Of a DNA stretch of 7,956 bases, positions 1 through 7,067 are shown one piece after another. The position numbers were made by a program, and so were the translations under genes. The notes beneath the pieces are model-generated. The model was not told where the DNA came from, searched no databases, and saw only the letters and a list, made by a program, of their open reading frames with translations. Source of the stretch: Octopus sinensis (lineage: Eukaryota); NCBI RefSeq assembly GCF_006345805.1, contig NW_021828573.1:1-7956 (forward strand), written 5' to 3'. Every line of letters starts with the position of its first letter. Within the stretch, counting starts at the first letter, position 1.

Positions 1-589
1 ACAAAATGGATTCTGAAACTCTTAATGACGTAAACGAAAAAAGACGAGTTGAAAAGATTGAACACTGAACTAAATACACAAATAAGTGAACAAATAAATA
101 TACAAATATGAATATAGAGAAAAACAAATCTATAATATCATTAGAAAAAAATATATATGTTTTATATGATGGACATACTTGCAAAAAAATCTTTGTTTCA
201 TGCGTAAATCATGTTTGACTTATATTTTTTTGATCGTCTGCTCTTTGTGAGAACTTTGATCGTTGTGTTTTTAGTGGAAAGATTAATTAAACAGAGAGAA
301 AGTTGAGAGGGAATTACTAGAGCAAGGCTGACCAGTCTGTGGAGATTTTAGTTCTTTGTAACAATCCACCAGCACAGAATTTGTTGTGCTTTATTGTCTT
401 ATGTTTTCGTTATTTTATTCCTTCGTCTCTCGTATATTCCTGTTAAAATCCCACCACTTTTGTCGTAATAATATTGGCGTAGAGGCTTTTAATGAGAATA
501 TTTCCATATAAAATGTTCAATATAGGGGGGGGGGGGAGGACGCTGACATCCGTTCAATAGTGAATAGGAAATTTATGGAAAGAACGGTC

Positions 590-825
590 GGATGTATATA
601 TGTGATTGCATGTGTATGAGTGTATGTATATATGTATGTGTGTGTGTGTGTGTGTATGTCTAAGGCTTTGTGCACACACATATTTACCAATATTGTTATA
701 TTGTATGTTGTATATTTCATACATATATATCTGTGTGTGTGTGTATTACACTTTGTATATTTATATGTATGTATGTATATATGTGTTTTATGTATGATAT
801 CAGTAATAGCTATGTACATTTAGAC

Positions 826-874
<49 letters not shown>

Positions 875-990
875 CATACATATTATATATATATAATATA
901 GTATATATTATATATATATATTATATATAATATATTATATATATATTTCATTTATATGCGTATATATGCATTAAATATATACATGTATAC
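590..990. repeat. Compound (TA)n/(TG)n/(TATG)n microsatellite
   Basis: Directly visible alternating TA/TG runs, including a long pure (TA)n at ~828-870. Explains ORFs 517-819, 606-797, 620-823 and 670-930. Confidence 0.97.
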
Positions 991-991
991 A

Positions 992-1805
992 TCTATATAA
1001 TATATGTAGGCATCTGAAACTACTAGCGACCGTTCTACCCGACTTGCAAGGGCAGCAGCGTACAGATCTTTCCTCCGCTCGAGGTTGACGAAAGAGCAAC
1101 AGTCCAGCCAAAACATGCGGGCTTCTTCCTGTGCTTCCATCCGCAGAGCTCGCGAGAACCCCGAACAAAGGGCCATTCGGAATGCGGCTGACGCCGCTAG
1201 CACCGCCGGGACACGATCTGTCGAAACCCCACAGCAGAGGAGAACTCGCCAAGCTGCTGACGCCGCAAACACAGCCATGGCCCGATCTGCCGAAACTCCA
1301 GACCAACGAACTATTCGGACATCCAGAGATGCCATTAACACTGCTTCTGCTAGGGCTTCAGAGAGTGCTGAGGCGAGAGCTGAAAGGCTTTCAAGGGATG
1401 CCACTGCTACCGCTGACGCACGCGCATCTCAATCTGCTGAGGCACGGCGCACTCGACTTGAGAGTATCAACCAACGTCGGGATATCATTCGGTTGGGGTG
1501 TCAAAAGGGCAGGCATGTGCAACCTTATCACCTCTGCCTATCAAACTCCCAACCCATGCGTTCCCGTCGCGACACTGATCCCGCAGAACTGGGTTGGGTG
1601 TGATAAACAAAACCAGAAAATGCACTTTGACTGTCATAGATTTCTTCGTGCATGCAAGGGAACGGTGCCTGAATGCCTTAATGCCTTTTAGGCTTCATTT
1701 ACCAAAATAAACGGTTCAGTGAGTACAAAAAAGGGTAAAAAGGTAAAGGGCATGCTTATCGACAAAGTTTCTTACATACCAGGGCAACGCCGGGCTATGC
1801 TGTAG
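992..1805 (+). mobile_element. Putative non-autonomous (internally deleted) Helitron
   Basis: Candidate 5' end A|TCTATATAATA at 991/992. The 3' end has the GC-rich imperfect hairpin CCAGGGCAACGCCGGG (1779-1794) followed 11 nt later by ...CTGTAG|T (1800-1806), close to the canonical CCGGGCAACGCCGGG...CTAG|T animal Helitron terminus, but the terminal CTAG is degenerate. A|T insertion site, no TSD. Contains 23-aa repeats of a type seen at RepHel N-termini. The 5' boundary is uncertain because it abuts a TA microsatellite. Confidence 0.6.
1010..1603 (+). CDS. STPR-like (23-aa tandem repeat) DNA-binding-type coding segment; probably a Helitron RepHel N-terminal remnant or captured exon
   Basis: The frame is open from 1010 to TGA at 1601-1603. 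Seven units start exactly 69 nt apart: ETTSDRSTRLARAAAYRSFLRSR (1016), LTKEQQSSQNMRASSCASIRRAR (1085), ENPEQRAIRNAADAASTAGTRSV (1154), ETPQQRRTRQAADAANTAMARSA (1223), ETPDQRTIRTSRDAINTASARAS (1292), ESAEARAERLSRDATATADARAS (1361), QSAEARRTRLESINQRRDIIRLG (1430). DNA periodicity is visible (GCTGACGCCGC at 1187 and 1256). The E-T/S-x-E/D-x-R-x-x-R pattern matches STPR repeats such as FMBP-1 ETSEERAARL. Confidence 0.7.
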   Translation, partial: ASETTSDRSTRLARAAAYRSFLRSRLTKEQQSSQNMRASSCASIRRARENPEQRAIRNAADAASTAGTRSVETPQQRRTRQAADAANTAMARSAETPDQRTIRTSRDAINTASARASESAEARAERLSRDATATADARASQSAEARRTRLESINQRRDIIRLGCQKGRHVQPYHLCLSNSQPMRSRRDTDPAELGWV

Positions 1806-1822
1806 TATAATATATATATGTA

Positions 1823-2182
1823 TATTATTATTGCTTTATTAGCTTGGGTTCGAATTATCAATAAAATTCTTTTTTCTTTTTTTCTGATTTTCCTCTCGAT
1901 TTCACTTGGGCTGTGTAATTTGTAGATGGAAATATTATATATATTTTCCGACCACATGTGCTAGGTGGTTAATCAAAGGTATCTGACGGACATCGGGTCT
2001 CTAATCTGTTGTCGGTGTACACGTGAGCGTTCTGATAGTGCATTTCCCGTCTGACCTACATATATTTCTTCACAATTTGGGCATTTGATGCAGTAAATTA
2101 AATTTCTGCTTTGCGTTCATATTCGCGTTTGTGATATTCACAAACGCGAATATGAACCCAAGCTAAATAAGCAATAATAATA
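1823..2182. mobile_element. Inverted-repeat-bounded ~360-bp module (MITE-like or HINE/DINE-1-like)
   Basis: 1823-1851 TATTATTATTGCTTTATTAGCTTGGGTTC versus the reverse complement of 2154-2182 TATTATTATTGCTTATTTAGCTTGGGTTC: 27/29 identical. Non-coding interior with a perfect hairpin against the right arm. Confidence 0.55.
2115..2157. repeat. Perfect 20-bp inverted repeat with 3-nt loop
   Basis: GTTCATATTCGCGTTTGTGA (2115-2134), TAT, TCACAAACGCGAATATGAAC (2138-2157): exact reverse complements. Confidence 0.97.
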
Positions 2183-2468
2183 ATACTTAGAGGTACTTAC
2201 TTTACTGCTACGACCATGACCACTAACAACAACAACAATTAAAGGTGATCAAGATGAAGATAGCGAAAATTATCTTATTTAGGGTTAAAAGTTCTATTGC
2301 CACCACCATCACACTAGCAACAATAATTAAGGTGCTGACAATGATGATGGGACAATTGAAATATAAAAATCCCTGACAAAGGCTATTTACAACATTCTAA
2401 AAATAGCCAAACAATTGCTGCTCGGCCAGGGTTAAGTACAGGAACTCTTGACATGTTCAAACAAAGCG

Positions 2469-2607
2469 TGACGCCTAAATCAACCAATCAGCTTAAGTAA
2501 TTGAGTGATGTTACACACTGATTGGTCAGAATACTGTTTGCAAAACCTAGCAATCTGGAGCCTACACAGGTGTATTTAAGGCACAGATTTAACCAACTCG
2601 CTACAGT
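2469..2607 (+). promoter_or_regulatory. Candidate Pol II core promoter
   Basis: TGACG (CRE half-site, 2469-2473), ACCAATCAG (2483-2491), inverted CTGATTGGT (2518-2526), TATTTAAG (2573-2580), and CAGT Inr-like motif at 2604-2607, ~31 nt after the TATA-like box. Motifs only, no transcript evidence. Confidence 0.35.
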
Positions 2608-2707
2608 CAAAAATTGTGAAGCATGACTGTCACCACTACTACATGAACCTGAAGATTGCATAATTTAATGCATGAAAGTACTAGTTCAATCAGAATGAAC
2701 ATTTAAC

Positions 2708-2758
2708 ATTCTATTATTCTATTTTATTCTATTATATTATATTATATTATATCATTAT
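2708..2758. repeat. (ATTCT)/(ATTAT)n pentanucleotide repeat
   Basis: Visible degenerate 5-mer array. Confidence 0.85.
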
Positions 2759-2807
2759 AAGATTGTAAATAAAACGTGAAAATCAGACAAGGTTGGAATT
2801 CCTTTTA

Positions 2808-2809
<2 letters not shown>

Positions 2810-2855
<46 letters not shown>

Positions 2856-2910
2856 ACATACATACATACATACATACATACCTACAACATACATACATAC
2901 ATACATACAT
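2810..2910. repeat. (TA)n followed by (TACA)n microsatellite
   Basis: Directly visible. Confidence 0.95.
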
Positions 2911-3151
2911 GTGTGTGGTGATTTATGCTATATAAAACATACACACGTTTCGGTAAATTCCAGTCAGGATTACATAACGTTATATAACCTTGAAAAAATA
3001 TATATATCTTCAGTGTTTTAGCAAAAACATACAATTGTGAATGCGAATTATTAACAGCATCGGTTGCACAATACCTAAGACAATAAAGGAACAGGTCGCA
3101 TGCACAACAGACACAGACACACACTTGTACGTATCAACAAAATTGGGCATG

Positions 3152-3540
<389 letters not shown>

Positions 3541-3794
3541 ACATCACAGTCGCCGACCGTTTCTCTACTAAACCAAAGAATTTCTTTCCATTCCTTTGCT
3601 CTGCGTTTCTCTTAGTTTATACAAATATTGTAAAAGAATTTGATTACAATGATTTCCTCTGATCATCAACCATTCCCATTTTGGTTACTTTTAGATATTT
3701 TTTTAGATATTTTTTCCACCGCAAAGAATAAAATATACTCCAATCGATAACTGTTCAGATATTGCTTTTGGTTCTCAATTTCTGTCCGATTTCA

Positions 3795-3853
3795 TATTTA
3801 TATATCTACATACATACATATACATATATATGTTTAAATATATACACACATAC

Positions 3854-3884
<31 letters not shown>

Positions 3885-3903
3885 GTGTGTGTGTGTGTCT
3901 GGT

Positions 3904-3960
<57 letters not shown>

Positions 3961-4232
3961 TAAATTATATAATATATATGTGTGTGTGTATAATATAAAT
4001 ATATATATATGTATGTATATATGAGTGTGTGCGTATATATATATATATTATATATATATAATATATATAAATACATACAGATAGATATATATAGAGAGAA
4101 AGAGATATTAAACATATATATATATGTATATACATACATGTGTATATATGTATATATACATAAATATTTGTGTGTCTGTGTGTGTACGTTTATGTATATA
4201 TGCATACACACACATACACACACACACACACC
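3795..4232. repeat. Compound (TA)n/(TG)n/(CA)n microsatellite
   Basis: Directly visible. Explains ORFs 3762-3998, 3830-4024, 3834-4229 and 4009-4287. Confidence 0.97.
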
Positions 4233-4907
4233 TTATAACATTGTATTTTACCTTTTTTGCGTCCACTTAATTTTAAATTTAATTTAATTGAGAGAACAAA
4301 ATTGTTGGAATAAAAATGGCAAATTAAGGAATTTTTTGCGTTCCTTGAGGCATGGAATCTTGAAGAGAATAGGATATAAATGCGAAATACTTTGAAAAAC
4401 CGAGCTCGATTGCTGGAACTAAGAGAAAGAAAACTGAACTTCGTTTTTTCTTTTTTTCTTATTCCTTTTTTTCAGTATGTTGCTGTCGTAATTTCTCTTT
4501 GGAATTCTTAGAAAAATATTGGATTGGAATATTGATAGGACGAAATCAAGTCGCAAGGAAATACATTCAAACACTACTTCTTCAAGCAATGTAACGGAGA
4601 ACGACAGAAAGGGAGACAACTCATATGCACACATACAGCTACCCAACTCCACGACCACCATGACAAACATTGGCAGAGGAGGTAAAAAATATAAACAGGT
4701 ACCTAAATGACGAACATAGAATCATCGAAGGAAGGAAAGGAATTAAATCTGATAAAAACGAGACAACAGAGTATTAGAAATCATAAAGCAGCCATAGAGT
4801 TAGTCAAAATCTTAAAGAGAAAAGTGCGACGACAGTGGACTCAATTCATAAATCCTGTGTGTATTACCTAAAAGGGTATCTGTGCACTTGGAGAATATCG
4901 GATATAC

Positions 4908-5142
4908 CTATTTCTTTACTGACCACAAAGGGCTAAACACAGAGGGGGCAAACAAGGACAGACAAACGGATTAAGCCGATTATATCGACCCCAGTGCGTA
5001 ACTAGTACTTATTTAATCGACCCCGAAAGGATGAAAGGCAAAGTCGACCTCGGCGGAATTTGAACTCAGAACGAAGCGGCAGACGAAATACGGCTACGCA
5101 TTTCGCCCGGCGTGCTAACGTTTCTGCCAGCTCGCCGCCTTA
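4908..5142 (-). mobile_element. Full-length tRNA-derived SINE with 17-bp TSD
   Basis: The minus strand starts TAAGGCGGCGAGCTGGCAGAAACG (A box, + coords 5119-5129) and has GAGTTCAAATTCC (B box, 5055-5067). The central GAGGTCGACTTTGCCTTTCATCCTTTCGGGGTCGAT..AAGTAC resembles the Meta-type SINE central domain as I recall it. Ends ...AGTAAAGAAATAG. Flanked by exact direct repeats GAGAATATCGGATATAC (4891-4907, 5143-5159). Second copy at 7068-7267. Confidence 0.92.
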
Positions 5143-5181
5143 GAGAATATCGGATATACGGTCGTTATGTCGCTGCCGCTG

Positions 5182-5397
5182 CAGATCCATGTAAAGAACT
5201 GGGAAGAGCTGACTTCGCCAAAAGCTGAGTGGAGGAAGCGTTTAAGGAAAAGTTGTAAAACTTTTGAAGAGAGTCGCCTTAAGCACGAAAGCCTAAAGCG
5301 CTGGTTTCGGAGGGGCTGGAGGATTGAGGGAGAAAACAGCTTTCAGAGCAACAAAAGCGGACGGGGTTTGTATGAACAGCAAAGACTAAAACAGTAG
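5182..5397 (+). pseudogene. 5'-truncated RTE-clade LINE ORF2 C-terminal fragment
   Basis: Translation QIHVKNWEELTSPKAEWRKRLRKSCKTFEESRLKHESLKRWFRR matches the post-RT pattern of RTE/BovB ORF2 (I-D-x-x-x-WE-x-L-A-x-x-R-x-x-WR-x-x-x-x-x-G-x-x-x-FE-x-x-R-x6-KR-x-x-R) as I recall it. It is followed by FQSNKSGR, a possible decayed C-x2-C-GR zinc knuckle. May extend to the CAA-rich stretch near 5500. Confidence 0.7.
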
Positions 5398-6009
5398 ATC
5401 GAAGGGAGACAAGGTGCAGATGACATGGTCCCTGTATGCACCGAGATATTTGTGAAAGGATATCGACAAATCAGACAAGATGTGCAACAACAACCACAAT
5501 ACAGTAGCGTAGATAAGGTTGGTGAGGAAGCGGTCCGACCCGGGTGACACTTTAATAAGGGCGGCACTTATGGGGTTTGCTGTATAAGCTTGTATAAGAG
5601 GCGGCTAACTCAAGGGTTGTCACGGCAGCACACTCTCTACCTCCACCACTACGACAACAACAATTTGCACATGTGGCTCAGAAGATAGTTTAGCAACTGG
5701 CCGGGATTCAACGGGCATAGATCGATTACATCATTGCAAAAGGACATCTACGTCAACACGTAAATCTACATCACACAACTCTGCTACGTCATCATATATT
5801 TCTGTTAACATCATGATGCAATTCTATTACCTCATTATCGCTAAAGGCCATCTACGTCATCACACACACGTCTACTACGTAATCACACAAAATTATTACG
5901 TTACAAAAATCCTTTACATCGTTATATAAGGCCTCTTCAACAAATAGACCCAGGATGGCCAGCAACCTCATCACTTGGCACGTAACACAATTTATATTAG
6001 TGAAATATA

Positions 6010-6621
6010 CAGTTGCGGCCAAAATGTTCAGAACGGCATTGTTTTCGTCAGAAAAGTAAGTATAAGTTTTTATCAAAGTTTTTTTATATTCTATAATTTT
6101 CACAGACAATAAATACAATACTATTTGTTATTGTATGAGATGCTGGTGTAATTTGAGAGGATAATACAAAAGTTATGGATGATTTAGTGATTTACTGCAA
6201 AACCCATGGCGGCCAAAATGATCAGAACGGTTGAAAAAATAACAAAATAATCAAAAATGACAGAGAATACTGGAATTATTCAATATTTAGTGTGAAGCCC
6301 TTATTTTTTTCAATCACACTTTGACATCTTCGACTGCATGAGGAAATTAAACTTTCAATTTCTTGCTGGTGATCTTATTCCATTCTTCCTGAAGGGCATT
6401 CCATAATTGCTCGGTTGTTTTAGGATTTGTCTTTTCTGTCTGCTTCGAACGTTCTCCTAGAATATTCCACACATTTTCAATAGGATTGAGATCTGGGCTT
6501 TGAGCAGGCCAATCCATAACAATAACCTTTTCAGCCTTGAGGAAGTTCATGACCACCTTAGCCTTGTGACATGGGGCATTGTCCTGCATGAATATGGGTG
6601 GTCGCTTAGTTGAATTTCTAG
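6010..6621 (-). mobile_element. Tc1-family DNA transposon, 3' (right) end only
   Basis: TA (6008-6009) then CAGTTGCGGCCAAAATG, a typical Tc1 terminus. Internal direct repeat at 6209-6230. Transposase C-terminus on the minus strand. No matching opposite TIR in the window. Confidence 0.92.
6280..6621 (-). pseudogene. Tc1 D34E transposase C-terminal remnant (frameshifted)
   Basis: RNSTKRPPIFMQDNAPCHKAKVVMNFLKAEKVIVMDWPAQSPDLNPIENVW...: 34 residues lie between the D of QDN and the E of PIEN. After a frameshift near 6360 it reads IESLISSCSRRCQSVIE, and after a second shift GLHTKY* (stop at 6280-6282). Confidence 0.95.
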
Positions 6622-6768
6622 AAAATTACATATAATAGAAATATAAAAAATAAAATCACGATAATATACCGATGATTAAGTAAATTGCAAAATAATAATA
6701 AAAACGTATATATTTGGTATATATTTGGTTTTTATTATTATTTATATTTCTATTATATGTAATTTTCT
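6620..6768. repeat. AT-rich foldback (41-bp inverted arms, one split by a 45-nt insert)
   Basis: 6620-6647 is the exact reverse complement of 6741-6768 (28 bp); 6693-6705 is the exact reverse complement of 6728-6740 (13 bp); the loop 6706-6727 is (GTATATATTTG)2. Confidence 0.9.
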
Positions 6769-6780
6769 TGTTCCTTTTGA

Positions 6781-6838
6781 ATTGTCAAGCGACGTTGTGG
6801 GGACAAACAAACACACAAACATATACACACACATTCAT

Positions 6839-6906
<68 letters not shown>

Positions 6907-7007
6907 TACGACGTGCTTCTTCGTCAGTTTCCGTCTACCAAATCCATTCACAAGGCTTTGGTCGGCTCGAGGCTATAGTAGAAGACACTTGCCCAAGGTC
7001 CCACGCA
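6781..7007 (-). mobile_element. Fragment of a CORE-like SINE with an internal (TA)/(TG) microsatellite
   Basis: The minus strand reads TGCGTGGGACCTTGGGCAAGTGTCTTCTACTATAGCCTCGAGCCGACCAAAGCCTTGTGAATGGATTTGGTAGACGGAAACTGACGAAGAAGCACGTCGTA-(TA)n-...TGTTTGTCCCCACAACGTCGCTTGACAA. ACCTTGGGCAAGT matches the CORE-SINE motif. The rest matches my recollection of an abundant octopus repeat. The tRNA head is missing. Confidence 0.7.
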
Positions 7008-7067
7008 CCTGGAAGCCCCTATGTCTGGTAACAGGACTCTGCACCGTGCCGCACAAGCAGGAGAACC

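Noticed and set aside
525-536. G12 homopolymer as a possible G-quadruplex
   Set aside because: A single isolated run with no supporting context.
517-930. Four overlapping ORFs rich in Y/I/C/V/H/T
   Set aside because: Translations of TA/TG microsatellite, which lacks stop codons; not genes.
952-1404. 150-aa Ala/Ser-rich minus-strand ORF and ORF 971-1306
   Set aside because: Antisense shadows of the GC-rich STPR repeat frame; the repeat motif is meaningful only on the plus strand.
1016-1498. Regular 69-nt periodicity as a possible CRISPR or minisatellite array
   Set aside because: No invariant repeat/spacer alternation; conservation is at the amino-acid level, indicating coding repeats.
2200-2360. 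Two weakly similar CACTA.CAAC..AATTAA.GGTG segments
   Set aside because: Low-complexity (AAC/GAT-rich) similarity too degenerate to support a real duplication.
2603-2630. Minus-strand AATTTTTGA resembling an Sm site (snRNA)
   Set aside because: It overlaps a 7-bp stem and its loop rather than lying single-stranded between stems, and there is no snRNA-like sequence around it.
3762-4287. Four ORFs over 60 aa
   Set aside because: Microsatellite artefacts.
5055-5142. tRNA gene (A and B boxes present)
   Set aside because: No proper cloverleaf; it continues into a SINE body with a TSD. The same applies to 7180-7267.
5343-6118. Minus-strand ORFs 5343-5567 and 5852-6118
   Set aside because: No recognisable motifs; one is antisense to the LINE relic and the other crosses the Tc1 TIR boundary.
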